From IMG/VR virus record IMGVR_UViG_3300010885_020782, positions 32,001-96,000 of that record: a stretch of DNA of 64,000 nucleotides; one strand, given 5' to 3'. The first letter of the stretch is position 1; every line of letters begins with the position of its first letter. Shown here piece by piece: positions 8,802 to 19,047 of the stretch. The notes below the pieces were generated by a model. It did no database searches. It was not told the origin of the DNA and was given only the letters and a program-made list of their open reading frames with translations. This DNA is from a virus. A program made the position numbers and the translations under genes.

Positions 8802-11801
8802 CTATACCGTAATCTTCAATGTAGAGATGCGACGGTCTTCTTTCCATTCACTAATAAGTTCAAGGTCAACTTTTTCAGGGAAAGCAACACCATCTGGAAC
8901 ATTTACTTTATAACCAACTATTTTACGCACAATTACGTCCCCTCTAGGCTCTAAGTCACTAGCAAGACGCATACGAACAAACTCATCATCAATAATAAGT
9001 GAGCACCAATCTCCAGGTAAAAAGTCTCCAACATACGGCCCAATTGAACCGTTAATTGCAATTGTAAAATTGCCCTCTGGCGGACGTGCTTCGTCAACAA
9101 AATCTTTAGCATATGAATAAAGAGCACTCTCTCCATAGGCTGTTGTCTGCGTATCATTTTTTGTTTCAACTTGGTCAAGGACTGGCCATCCTTTATCCAT
9201 TAAATCTGTAGATGCTGCTGCTGCATATGGCTGACTTGGGTCCCCATCAATATTGTCAGCGTTTCCAGCAACCCACATACGAGTAGCAGAGTTTTCTGCC
9301 GTCTCTGTTATCCCAAACTCAAGAACATTCCCTGGATATTCAAAGACATACTGGTCTGCGCCAAGAACACTAATAGGGTGCACCGAGCCAATATTTCCAG
9401 TAGATGCGCTTCCAGGAACATTTGCCTTAATTGCACTAAATGTGAATGTTGTTGTAGTTGGTGTTCCCGTTACCACCTGAGTTCCATCAAAAGATGTACC
9501 TACATCACTAACTACAATTTCTTGTCCTATAACTAACCCGTGGGCAGCGGCTGTAGTCAATGTTGCTACATTAGAAACAAGAGTTTTGTAGGTAACAGAT
9601 ATTCTATTAGGAGGTGGAATAAAGGGAACAAAGGTAAGTGTTTTAGAAAATTGACCAATATTTTTATCAAAATCACAGTCAATACGATACTCAAAACCAT
9701 TTACATCTTTTGAAAATTCTTCAAGAATTTCTCCAAATGATTTTAAATCAGAGCCTCTAAATATTTGCTGAGAGACCCCAATGTACTTACCGCTCAAGTC
9801 TTGAGTAACATCTATGCCAATATCTGAATTTCCAGAGTAGGCTCCAAAAGTTCCAGCAACTGCTCTTCCACCCCATTTAACTGTGCCGCCATAGACTGCC
9901 TCAGCCTGAGCGTTGACTATTGAAGTTGAGTTAAATTTAAAAGTTCTAGTGTTAACAATTGTTGATACGGTTTTGACGCCATCATAGTCAGAGCCTACAT
10001 TTTCAATAACAACTTTTTTACCCTGTGTAAGACCGTGATTAGTTGACGTAGTGATAAGGCCAGATTTGTATGAGACAGAGCCATAATCTGTTACGTTAAT
10101 TACTCCAGCCATGCTGTTTGTCTGTTGAGCCTGATAATACAAAGTTGAAGGTGCATTTAAGGGGACAACAAATGTAATTGTTCCACTTGCTGTTCCGTTA
10201 TTAGTTACTCCAGTCGAGTAAACTTTTCCAGCAGCATATCCTCCTCCAGAACTTTGAATCCAAAAGTTATAACCAGGGGAATTAATAGTAAGAGTGTATG
10301 TATTTCCACGAATAAAATATAAATTAGGATTATTAGTTGCTGTAGCAGAACCTTGAATTGTAGAGGCATAAGCAAGGTTATTACTATTTGTGAAGGCGTA
10401 TGTAGTCTGCTCTCCCACTTTAGTTACTGCGGTAGAGGCAACATCACGAGAAGTTTTAGCAAAACTAAACTGTGTAGTAGAAGGAACTGCAATCACTGTC
10501 TGAGGACCATTAAGAACTGATTCATAGAAGAAGGTGAGTGTTCCAGTCACAGTTCCAACGTTCTCTACTCCTAAAGTAAGAATAAGTCCGTTAATAGATT
10601 GAATAGTTGCGTTAGAGCCAATACCTGCACCAGTCACACCCATACCAACTAGAAGACCACTATTCGAACCTACAATAGTAACTGTTACCGCTCCTGAACT
10701 TCCAGAAGCAGCGGTTTTTGTTACAGAGATTGTATTAGTAATATTTGAAATAGATACAGCATCTCCCACAGCCAAACCATGAGCAGATGATGTTGTCATT
10801 GTTGCTATGTTATTTAAGACTTGCTTAGTTGTAATTTTTAGTGTTGTTGTCTGTATTTCAGCGGATGTAATGTTGTATGTAGTTAGTGGAGTTAGGGCAG
10901 TGCTAGCAAAACTTGATGTTACTCCAGCAGGTTTGACTACAAAACTTGTTGTTGTTGGTATTGCTGTTATAACTTGATATCCATTAAGTAGTGCATCAAC
11001 ATCAACTAATTCTACTTGCTGACCTAAAAGTAGGTCGTGAGGTAGGGCGGTAGTAAGAGTTGCAGTCCCTGTAGCCATCACTTTATTTGTTAGAGAATAT
11101 AGCAATTCGTTTGCTGGTTTTATTGTTTCGTTAGCAAAAGCAAGATTAGAAAAGTCATCTGACATATACCCAATTAAGTCACGGGCTAGGTCATATGTGT
11201 CAACAATTGTTCGTGCAAGACCAGTTGTTGATGGACTAGAGGCTAAAGTAACTCCGCTTACACCAAAAGTAAAACTTGCCGGGGATGGGACCGTAGAAAT
11301 TGTCTTATCTCCGTTGAGAGCGGGGTTTAAGTTACGAACTCTTACTTTTTCTCCTGGTTTAAATCCATGGTCTACCTCTGTATATATAGTCGCTATTGAG
11401 CCGTTAGCCTCATAGCGTGAGCAATAATATTGCTCTGAGCCGTAATAAAGGGTCTGCCACAATGCACGATGATATAAATAACTTACAAACTCATTGGCAT
11501 CAACACTAAGAGTTTTATTTGTTGGAGAATATTGACGTCCCCAGATAATGCCACCCCAAACGCAAACGCCATCTCTAAGAACATAAAGGGCAGTTTTTCC
11601 AGGCATTGTGTTGTCATAAAGTTCCAAATGTGTTGTTGCCTCAATAAGTGGAATAGTTCCAGAAAAAGAACCAGCCTTACTTAAAGCACGTTCATAGGAT
11701 ACACCTATAAAAGGAATTTCTGCAAGAACTTCGTTGGTCAACAAATCAGCAACGTAGTAGCGATACTCAGGGGGAGTTATCGAGTGATAATCAATTGCCA
11801 T
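8802..11801 (-). CDS. minor tail (hub/Tal-like) protein with inserted repeat beta-domains
   Basis: Siphovirus minor-tail N-terminus (YYVADLLTNEVLAEIP...CVWGGIIW), directly after Dit. Contains five ATLTT..AHGL..G repeats. Confidence 0.8.
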   Translation of the reverse strand: MAIDYHSITPPEYRYYVADLLTNEVLAEIPFIGVSYERALSKAGSFSGTIPLIEATTHLELYDNTMPGKTALYVLRDGVCVWGGIIWGRQYSPTNKTLSVDANEFVSYLYHRALWQTLYYGSEQYYCSRYEANGSIATIYTEVDHGFKPGEKVRVRNLNPALNGDKTISTVPSPASFTFGVSGVTLASSPSTTGLARTIVDTYDLARDLIGYMSDDFSNLAFANETIKPANELLYSLTNKVMATGTATLTTALPHDLLLGQQVELVDVDALLNGYQVITAIPTTTSFVVKPAGVTSSFASTALTPLTTYNITSAEIQTTTLKITTKQVLNNIATMTTSSAHGLAVGDAVSISNITNTISVTKTAASGSSGAVTVTIVGSNSGLLVGMGVTGAGIGSNATIQSINGLILTLGVENVGTVTGTLTFFYESVLNGPQTVIAVPSTTQFSFAKTSRDVASTAVTKVGEQTTYAFTNSNNLAYASTIQGSATATNNPNLYFIRGNTYTLTINSPGYNFWIQSSGGGYAAGKVYSTGVTNNGTASGTITFVVPLNAPSTLYYQAQQTNSMAGVINVTDYGSVSYKSGLITTSTNHGLTQGKKVVIENVGSDYDGVKTVSTIVNTRTFKFNSTSIVNAQAEAVYGGTVKWGGRAVAGTFGAYSGNSDIGIDVTQDLSGKYIGVSQQIFRGSDLKSFGEILEEFSKDVNGFEYRIDCDFDKNIGQFSKTLTFVPFIPPPNRISVTYKTLVSNVATLTTAAAHGLVIGQEIVVSDVGTSFDGTQVVTGTPTTTTFTFSAIKANVPGSASTGNIGSVHPISVLGADQYVFEYPGNVLEFGITETAENSATRMWVAGNADNIDGDPSQPYAAAASTDLMDKGWPVLDQVETKNDTQTTAYGESALYSYAKDFVDEARPPEGNFTIAINGSIGPYVGDFLPGDWCSLIIDDEFVRMRLASDLEPRGDVIVRKIVGYKVNVPDGVAFPEKVDLELISEWKEDRRISTLKITV

Positions 11802-11828
11802 GTCGTCTTTTCCTCGTGTCGTTTAGTA

Positions 11829-12974
11829 TTACGCTAGCCAGCCAGAGCGGTATTCCACAGATAGTTTAGCAGTCGAGTTAGCACTCCCGTTGTCGTAGAA
11901 ACTAATAACATTTTCTCCTGGAGATAGTGTCACCCAGTCGTTGTATACCTCTAACTTCATACGAGCGCCGTAATACTCTCCATTAAGAGCAGTCTCTCGA
12001 TTGTATGTGTCAATTTCAAGAATGTCTGGACCAAAAGTATATGTTCCAGAGACTGAAACTACGTTGACAGTATCAGTAGCAGTTCCAATAAAAGTAAATG
12101 TATTACTTGTTCTTGCTGTGATATATCTGTCGCCATCTATACCCGTTCCTAAACTAAATACTTCTACAGAATCGCCTATTTGCAGGATATGAGCAGCAGA
12201 TGTAGTCAGGGTAACAACGCCACCAGTGATAGATTTAGAGATAATTGAGCCAGATACTATTGTTCTTAGTGGCTCAACAATTGTTATTGATTCACCATTT
12301 GTTTCATTAAGAATAATTGCTGGACCAGTGATTGGACCTGTAACTCTAAAGTAAGCACTGACAGGGTAGTCACCTTGATTTGTTAACACGGATTTACCGC
12401 TTCTTAGTGGAGTTGTTGATTTTGCAAGAATTTCTTCAACATCATATCCATCTTGATTAAGTTCATTCCAAGAATACTTTATAGGGTCAGCAGCACGAAG
12501 ACCGATGGAAAAATCAATTCGACCACGAGCACTGACTGTCTCAAAGTTTGGTTCTCCACTAAGGCGAACCCAAGATGCTTTAAGTGGGTTTTCATTTGTT
12601 TTTAACCAGCCTCCTTGCCTTACTAAGTTAATTTGAGCAACTAAACGTCTTCGAGCCTCTGCCATCAATGACGGGTCAGTACACAGGATAGAACCTTCTA
12701 AGGTCAAATCACGAGCGTTGTAGCGACCTTTTACATCATATGAGCCATCTGCCCATCCACGTTTAATATCTGGCATATCAGGTGCTGGAGGACTCCACCA
12801 ACCTTTAATATCGGTGACTACCCAAAGAACACCATAGTCATCAACAGTATTTAATACAAAATCATTGAGGATAATGTCTTCCTGCAACTTCATACCAGTC
12901 AGGTGCGGCTGTGGAAGTGGAGTCAGCGCTTGCTGAGTAATCCTATTTTTCTGTGCTTGATTAAGTTGTGCCAT
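11829..12974 (-). CDS. distal tail protein (Dit)
   Basis: Follows the tape measure gene. Has GWWSPPA...R..ADGSY, the LRAADPIKY motif and a C-terminal L.PGEN.I motif. Confidence 0.8.
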   Translation of the reverse strand: MAQLNQAQKNRITQQALTPLPQPHLTGMKLQEDIILNDFVLNTVDDYGVLWVVTDIKGWWSPPAPDMPDIKRGWADGSYDVKGRYNARDLTLEGSILCTDPSLMAEARRRLVAQINLVRQGGWLKTNENPLKASWVRLSGEPNFETVSARGRIDFSIGLRAADPIKYSWNELNQDGYDVEEILAKSTTPLRSGKSVLTNQGDYPVSAYFRVTGPITGPAIILNETNGESITIVEPLRTIVSGSIISKSITGGVVTLTTSAAHILQIGDSVEVFSLGTGIDGDRYITARTSNTFTFIGTATDTVNVVSVSGTYTFGPDILEIDTYNRETALNGEYYGARMKLEVYNDWVTLSPGENVISFYDNGSANSTAKLSVEYRSGWLA

Positions 12975-15900
12975 TATGCTGCTCCCTTACGCATTGCATA
13001 TGAAAGTTGACGAGAAACGATTGCCGCAAGTTCACGTTCATCCATACCAGCAGAAGGATTAACAACAATAGTGACACCTCTACCAGTGCCGCCCATATAG
13101 TCAATCATTGCCTTATCGCGCTTAGAAAGCCCATCTGGGTCAAGAGGCTCTACACGCTCTGGCTTTCCTGCTTCTCCGATACGAGCCAAAGTTCCGCCTA
13201 TAGAAGGTTGAACTACTCCACCTTTAGCAAAAGGTTGAACATATGGTGCTTGGATTGTAAATCCTTTACCAGCAATATTTAAAAATCTAGTTACAGCATT
13301 ATCTGGAATGTTAAGTTCAAGTTTAAAACTATTCCACCAGCCAATCATTTTATTTATGACAGCCTTAAATCCATCGCCAAGCGGTCCAAATATATTAACT
13401 TGTTTAATTATGCTAGTTATTGGATTGATAAAAAATGCTTTAAAGAAATCTAAGAACCCTGATAAAAGAAGTTTTACACCCTTAATTGGGTCAGTAAATA
13501 TGTACCACAGACCAGCAACAACCTTAATTACTCCTGAAATAATATCTGAAAGTGTGTCTATAGCATTAACAAGAATAACTTTAAATAGAGGGACTATGTA
13601 CTTACCAACAAAGTCACCCATTGTTTTAAAGATATCACCTAGCCCCTTAATTTCAGGAGCAACCATTTTGACGGCATCCATAATTTGTTTAAAGGATGCT
13701 TGAATTTCTTTAAATACACCATCTATTAAATCTTTTATTGCTTTTCTTAAAGTTTCACTATTTTGATACATCAAAACAAATATTGCAACTAAAGCAGCAA
13801 CAGCGGCTACGATTGCAATAATTGGTCCCATGCCAGCGCCAAATATAGGAGCCAGAGCCATCTGAGCCCTACCAGCAATACCAGAAGTATAGGTTAGTTG
13901 TGCCCATGCCTGAGAAAGTTTTGCCGGGGCAGAAGCAACTGCCTCAACTCCACCTTTAAGTTTTAAGAAGTTTCCATAAACTACTTTGCCAAAGAAGTCT
14001 GCTCCTTGACCGATAGTCTTCATTGCTAAGATAAATGGCAAAATTACTGCTGTTGCTTTGAGCAGACCTTGACCAAAGTCTGTATTTAAAAAGTCAGTTA
14101 TAAACTTTAAAGCAGTTCTTAAAGTATTAAAGAAAATAGTTACAGCACCGCTATCAGTGACAGTTTTAACAAATCTAATAAACTCTGCAATAAACTTTCC
14201 AAATGCTGGAAGGCTGTCTGCAAGTGTCTTTCCTAGAGATTCAATATCAGGCATTGCTCCCTTTAGCGCATCAAGAAATCCTGACATACCCGTACTTGCA
14301 CCAATTTTTATAATAATTCCTAAAAGTCCACCAACAACATCTAAAACCTTACCAGCGTTAATTGCACCTTGAAGAAAGAACTCTTTAAGAGGTGTTCCAT
14401 CAATTTCTGTAAGATTCTTTAATTTAGTTGCAGCATTTGTGAGGTAGTCAAGGAGATAGAAACCGCCGCTTCCTTCTCCAACGTTTGCCTTGATTAAGGT
14501 TCCAATTGCGCCAAATGTTTCTCGAAAAAGTTTTCCAAGTCTGCGAACAACCTCTGCTGCTGTCTCTAGAGTTTTACTAAGTTTTCCAGACTTAGTATCT
14601 GCCTCAAGGGTTGCCTTCCAAGCACCAGTAATATTTTTAGTCCAAGTAGCAAACTCGATAACAAGAGGTCGTGCTGCATCTGCAATAAGAAGGAAAGAAT
14701 CAATAAGATTGGCAATAGTGTCACCAAAAATAAGCAAAGCCTCGTTGTTGGTCTTCCAAATTCTTTCAATACGTTCTATGTTGTCTGCTCTTGTAAGGAC
14801 ATCAGCAATTTTATTTGCTACATCTCCAAGAACACTGCCCGTTTCAGCAAAAAGAGGTTTTAAGCGTGGAAGAAGTTTTGTTACAAGTTTATCTATCGCT
14901 TCTTCAAGTTTAGGAAATAGTTCATCACCAATAGCAGCCTGTAAATCTTTAAATGCACCTTTAAGACTAACAATATATTTAACAAATTCTTGAGCAGATG
15001 CTGGAAGATTGGACAATGCATCTTGAAAAGCATCAAAACCTGGACCCATCTTTAGGTTTGCTAGGTCATCCATTTGAATTTTTAAATCTTCAGTGGCACG
15101 AGCCAATTTAATTTCATTATCTTCTCGTGTTTGTGTTGTGTTGACAGATGCTTGTTCAGCAGCATACTGAGCATCCATAACACTCTTTTGACCTTTAATC
15201 TGGTCTTCTATTGTGCCACTGCCCATCTGAGCATTTTTTGCTTCTGTCTTTTTAAGGTCATTGTTTTTATCAATAGCACGGCGATAATTAAGGTCCGCCT
15301 GTGAAAATGCAAGTTCTGCTTCTTTACGAGCACGAGAGTTTGGTGGAAGGTCTGAAACACGAGCAAGAGTTTCACGAGCCTTTTCTAGTTCAAGAGCAGC
15401 CTTCTGCTCATTGATGGCAGCATCTTCTGAATCAAAAGCAAGTTGTTGAAGTTGCTCCATAGCATCTGCACGAGCCTTGTTAAGTGCAGTCTGAGCCTGT
15501 TCTTCATCATAAAGAGCCTTTTCATTTGATTTGGCAGCGTCTTTATATGAACGTGCTAAGTCTTCCGTGGCTCTGTCAACTGCTAGTTGCGCTTTTACTA
15601 TTGCTCTTGCATTTGATATAGATTTCTTTTGATTCTTTAAACCAGCACCGATTGCTTCGGTTACCCCGTTAAATGCAATTTTTACAGTTGCTAATAGTCC
15701 AATTAAGCCAGCAAAACCATTAGCAAGTACAGCAAGGGCTGGTCCTGCTGCTGCAACTACGCTAACCAAAGAAATTAAACCGCTGCCTAAAGCACCAACT
15801 ATCCCCACTACAGCAGTAATTGCTGGAGCAAGAACATAGCCAGCCCTTGTTAGGCTAGAAAATGCATCTGCTGCTGCCAACGATTGAGCCTGTAGAGCAG

Positions 15901-16084
15901 ACGTAAAAAACATATTATTATTTTTTGGCATAGCATTTGACATACCAGCACTAATTGTTTTACCTAAACGAGAACCAACCCGCTCACCAACTTGGTCAAC
16001 ACCTTTAAAACCATTTTCAATGTCTTTTTTGACACCAGAAGTGATGGCGTGGACAACGACATATGCGTCACCGACTACAGCCAC
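12974..16084 (-). CDS. tape measure protein
   Basis: 1036 aa, Ala/Leu-rich helical sequence with a coiled-coil segment. Lies after the tail chaperones and ends in the typical PFAKGGVV...GEAG.PE motif. Confidence 0.93.
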   Translation of the reverse strand: MAVVGDAYVVVHAITSGVKKDIENGFKGVDQVGERVGSRLGKTISAGMSNAMPKNNNMFFTSALQAQSLAAADAFSSLTRAGYVLAPAITAVVGIVGALGSGLISLVSVVAAAGPALAVLANGFAGLIGLLATVKIAFNGVTEAIGAGLKNQKKSISNARAIVKAQLAVDRATEDLARSYKDAAKSNEKALYDEEQAQTALNKARADAMEQLQQLAFDSEDAAINEQKAALELEKARETLARVSDLPPNSRARKEAELAFSQADLNYRRAIDKNNDLKKTEAKNAQMGSGTIEDQIKGQKSVMDAQYAAEQASVNTTQTREDNEIKLARATEDLKIQMDDLANLKMGPGFDAFQDALSNLPASAQEFVKYIVSLKGAFKDLQAAIGDELFPKLEEAIDKLVTKLLPRLKPLFAETGSVLGDVANKIADVLTRADNIERIERIWKTNNEALLIFGDTIANLIDSFLLIADAARPLVIEFATWTKNITGAWKATLEADTKSGKLSKTLETAAEVVRRLGKLFRETFGAIGTLIKANVGEGSGGFYLLDYLTNAATKLKNLTEIDGTPLKEFFLQGAINAGKVLDVVGGLLGIIIKIGASTGMSGFLDALKGAMPDIESLGKTLADSLPAFGKFIAEFIRFVKTVTDSGAVTIFFNTLRTALKFITDFLNTDFGQGLLKATAVILPFILAMKTIGQGADFFGKVVYGNFLKLKGGVEAVASAPAKLSQAWAQLTYTSGIAGRAQMALAPIFGAGMGPIIAIVAAVAALVAIFVLMYQNSETLRKAIKDLIDGVFKEIQASFKQIMDAVKMVAPEIKGLGDIFKTMGDFVGKYIVPLFKVILVNAIDTLSDIISGVIKVVAGLWYIFTDPIKGVKLLLSGFLDFFKAFFINPITSIIKQVNIFGPLGDGFKAVINKMIGWWNSFKLELNIPDNAVTRFLNIAGKGFTIQAPYVQPFAKGGVVQPSIGGTLARIGEAGKPERVEPLDPDGLSKRDKAMIDYMGGTGRGVTIVVNPSAGMDERELAAIVSRQLSYAMRKGAA

Positions 16085-16106
16085 ACCATCACCACCAATC
16101 TACTAC

Positions 16107-16526
16107 TTAGCCCAGCGGGGCATCAATATCCATACCAAAAGGTTTAACAGATTTTTCATCAGGATTTGTTGGAGCAAAGTAAGGTTTGATAGGAGCCTTT
16201 GTAGGGTCAAAAGGCTGCAAGTCGTCTTCTTCGTCTCCAACAAGGCCTTCTTGTAAAACCTCGTTAGACATATTATAATCGTTTTTTCCAGACCCATATT
16301 TATACTTATGGTCATAAAAGTCCCGATAAATAATACTTCTAACTCTATCTTTTGCTTCAAGTTGTTCAGCATTTGATGAACTGGTCAAATCTTCTTCAAA
16401 GAGATAGTGAATTACATCAAGCATTTCACTAGATTCCATAGAAGAGAGTTGTAGGCCGCTCATCAGTGCCTTACCGTTAACGTAGGGCCAGAGGTCTACT
16501 GCCCACTCTGTAAGTCCTCTGACCCC
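16107..16526 (-). CDS. tail assembly chaperone, C-terminal (T) part, probably expressed by -1 frameshift
   Basis: Overlaps the upstream chaperone in the -1 frame, has no convincing start of its own and sits just before the tape measure gene. Confidence 0.65.
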   Translation of the reverse strand, partial: GVRGLTEWAVDLWPYVNGKALMSGLQLSSMESSEMLDVIHYLFEEDLTSSSNAEQLEAKDRVRSIIYRDFYDHKYKYGSGKNDYNMSNEVLQEGLVGDEEDDLQPFDPTKAPIKPYFAPTNPDEKSVKPFGMDIDAPLG

Positions 16527-16849
16527 TGTGTAGGGCGCGAGGAATACTGCTCCACCAACCAAGTAACAATCTCGCCAAGGGTGTCAACCGTGACAATTCG
16601 TTCTGGGTCATTAATTAAAGTATCAAAGTTCTTCTTACTTTCTGGCTGAAGAGTGTTAGCAAAAAAAGTATTGATAACATCTACTGCCATAGAAGAATCT
16701 TCTTTCATTGACTGAGAAACCATATCCAACATTACTTTGCCTTGGATATTTGGATAGCAATGAAACTCTTCTCCATGAATCTTAAAAGAGAGCGGTTCAG
16801 AAGTATTTTCTCCACCTGAACCAAAATCTTTAAATCTTCCTGTTGTCAT
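16496..16849 (-). CDS. tail assembly chaperone (G)
   Basis: Small acidic protein two genes upstream of tape measure, ending ...EQYSSRPTQ... Confidence 0.75.
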   Translation of the reverse strand: MTTGRFKDFGSGGENTSEPLSFKIHGEEFHCYPNIQGKVMLDMVSQSMKEDSSMAVDVINTFFANTLQPESKKNFDTLINDPERIVTVDTLGEIVTWLVEQYSSRPTQGSEDLQSGQ

Positions 16850-16901
16850 ATTTTTCTTCCTTCACTTGTGTCTTTTGTTTTCTGCTTTTGCAGTAAACGC
16901 T

Positions 16902-17288
16902 TTATTTTATTAACCCTAAGTTATCTGTTAAATAACGGTTAGGCTTGGTTCCTGGATGCATGACCGCATGGGCATACATGACTTTTCCACGACTAGTAAA
17001 CTTCAAGACTTGAGCCCTATCAGGCTTAATCATGTGCGGTTTACTTCCTTCGTGATGAAGGAGTGCGTAGTTCATAGCCGAACCAATTCTAATGTATTGA
17101 CCTCTAGTATCTCTAGAGTGGCGCATATGAATTGATGCTCTTAGGGCACCAGTTCTTACACCAACTTGCGCTTTAGCGGCACGAACAATTAAGTTACCTC
17201 TAAGCGCTAAATATCTTCCAACTTTTCCAGAAGGCTCGTTAAAGAAAAATTCATACTCTGCTTTACGAAGAACTACTTTTGTTGCCAT
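16902..17288 (-). CDS. HK97 gp10-like neck/tail-completion protein
   Basis: Basic protein with the VRTGALRASI motif and YAL.HHEG. Confidence 0.7.
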   Translation of the reverse strand: MATKVVLRKAEYEFFFNEPSGKVGRYLALRGNLIVRAAKAQVGVRTGALRASIHMRHSRDTRGQYIRIGSAMNYALLHHEGSKPHMIKPDRAQVLKFTSRGKVMYAHAVMHPGTKPNRYLTDNLGLIK

Positions 17289-17794
17289 TATGGGACACCA
17301 GCAGTCATAGTAAGGACAGCAGTTTGAAATCCGCCTTCAGCAGTTCTTACCTCAACTGTAGCGATAACGCCAAGACCAAAACCAGTTTCTTCCCATGCAT
17401 CAAATTTTGCTGCACCTTCCATCATCACCCAAGCATCGTATGCAGATAGACGAGAACCTGCCTCGATAGTTTCGGCTGAGGGTGGGCGACCATTTTGTCC
17501 TACTGTAGGGACTTGACGTGAAACAGAAATATTTATTGTTGCACTTCGTGGGTCCGCGCAACGGCGAGGCTGTGTTGCTTCATCCCCTGGAGAACCAACA
17601 TACATCTGAAGGAAAGATACTACAAGTTGTTCGCAATCAACAACTGGCTCACCTAAAGTCCAGTAGCGTCGGGCTGGAAGTGGCATACCGTAAGAAGCGT
17701 AGGTCGAAACAACTTTATCAAGTACAGCCTGTAAAAAGTTAGCAAGATGCTTTGCATCGTCGTCTACCTGTGAAAGGTCTGGTAACCCACTCAT
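17288..17794 (-). CDS. putative tail terminator/head-tail joining protein
   Basis: Position between adaptor and neck genes; assignment is positional. Confidence 0.45.
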   Translation of the reverse strand: MSGLPDLSQVDDDAKHLANFLQAVLDKVVSTYASYGMPLPARRYWTLGEPVVDCEQLVVSFLQMYVGSPGDEATQPRRCADPRSATINISVSRQVPTVGQNGRPPSAETIEAGSRLSAYDAWVMMEGAAKFDAWEETGFGLGVIATVEVRTAEGGFQTAVLTMTAGVP

Positions 17795-17821
17795 ATGTCT
17801 CTCCTTCTTAAACTTTTATAC

Positions 17822-18961
17822 TTAGAAAGTATAGATGGTCTCTGTTCGTGTTCCGAGTTGAATAGAGATGTTTGCTGTAAGAAGGTTGATAACTTCGTCA
17901 ACGGCAGGGTTGCCTAGACTTGGTCGAGTACAGTAGATATCAAAACTTCCTGGCTCACGAGGTCCAAGAATAGCAAGAATATCGCTGTAATCTACGGATA
18001 AGGCAATCTTTCCAGTAGCACGATTGAGAGTTGCTGCTCCAGGAACACTTACTGTTTTAGAATTTGTATAGTCTGAAACTGTTAAAGACACTGCCCAAGC
18101 GTTGTCTTGAAGTAGGAAATCTCCACTAACTTCATCAAGGAAGATTTCTGTATCTCCGCCTGTAGGCAGCACTTTGAGGTCAAATGCTGTTTCAGTAAAT
18201 AAGTATGGCTTAGGTGTCATACGACGAGCACGAGGCTGGTCAGGGGAGAATACTCGTGAACGAGCACGAGCATTGTCTGGGTTAGTAGTTTTTAAAAATA
18301 AGTCAACTGAATATAAGCCAGTTTTGCCTTGGTCAATAAAATCTTGTTGGTCAAGGATTGTGTAAGAAACACCTTGACGGGACACTGAAGTTACACGCTG
18401 CGGAAGAGCGCAGGTATCGTCGCCTTCATACAACTTAACTAGTTCAAGAGCAAGCATACGAGCAGCATTTTTACCTGCTGTAGGTGGCTCTGTTCCATAT
18501 GTGTATGTAATTTCTACGTTAGATGGAGTCCAACTTGCCCCTGGAATTGCAAGCATTGTTGAGTGCTCAACTAAGTAATATTCTTTAGGGTCCACCACAT
18601 TACCGTTTGTATCTCTTACGGTGTGGATTTTAATTACTTTGCGCCCACGCAAACGGACACGAGTTGCAGCAGATGAACCATCTCCTGCAAAGTCGCTATC
18701 GTTATATCTACCAAAAACGTTCACTTGAACGTTCTGAACTTGCCCCTGCACAAGTACCGGAGAGAAGTTAAGGCTTGATGCCCCCACTCTCAGGTAGGGA
18801 GAAAAAGACGATATGTAGCGCTCTGTAACTGTAGTTGTTCCAGAGTATTTACGACCTGACATTGCCCACATTAAGTAAGAGGCTGTTTTTACAGCATCAT
18901 AGGCGTATTCAGAATTAGCATAAGACCCTAGGTCTTCTGCGTTAGTCCAAAGATGGCTCAT
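17822..18961 (-). CDS. head-to-tail adaptor with C-terminal extension
   Basis: TASYLMWAMSGRKY, YTYGTEPP.AGK.AA..LA.EL and LPQRVTSVSRQGVSY are typical actinophage adaptor motifs. Confidence 0.8.
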   Translation of the reverse strand: MSHLWTNAEDLGSYANSEYAYDAVKTASYLMWAMSGRKYSGTTTVTERYISSFSPYLRVGASSLNFSPVLVQGQVQNVQVNVFGRYNDSDFAGDGSSAATRVRLRGRKVIKIHTVRDTNGNVVDPKEYYLVEHSTMLAIPGASWTPSNVEITYTYGTEPPTAGKNAARMLALELVKLYEGDDTCALPQRVTSVSRQGVSYTILDQQDFIDQGKTGLYSVDLFLKTTNPDNARARSRVFSPDQPRARRMTPKPYLFTETAFDLKVLPTGGDTEIFLDEVSGDFLLQDNAWAVSLTVSDYTNSKTVSVPGAATLNRATGKIALSVDYSDILAILGPREPGSFDIYCTRPSLGNPAVDEVINLLTANISIQLGTRTETIYTF

Positions 18962-18980
18962 GTCTCTCCTACTTTAATGA

Positions 18981-19032
18981 GAAAAGCGGACGACTTCCTT
19001 GTGTAAAAATACACGACTGGAATGTCGTCCGC
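18981..19032 (-). terminator. intrinsic terminator after major tail gene
   Basis: GCGGACGAC...GTCGTCCGC stem followed by TTTTC on the minus strand. Confidence 0.6.
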
Positions 19033-19047
19033 CCTCCTTTTTACTTA

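Noticed and set aside
7021-11801. Diversity-generating retroelement target in tail genes
   Set aside because: No near-identical TR/VR pair and no reverse transcriptase in the window. The repeats are diverged protein domains.
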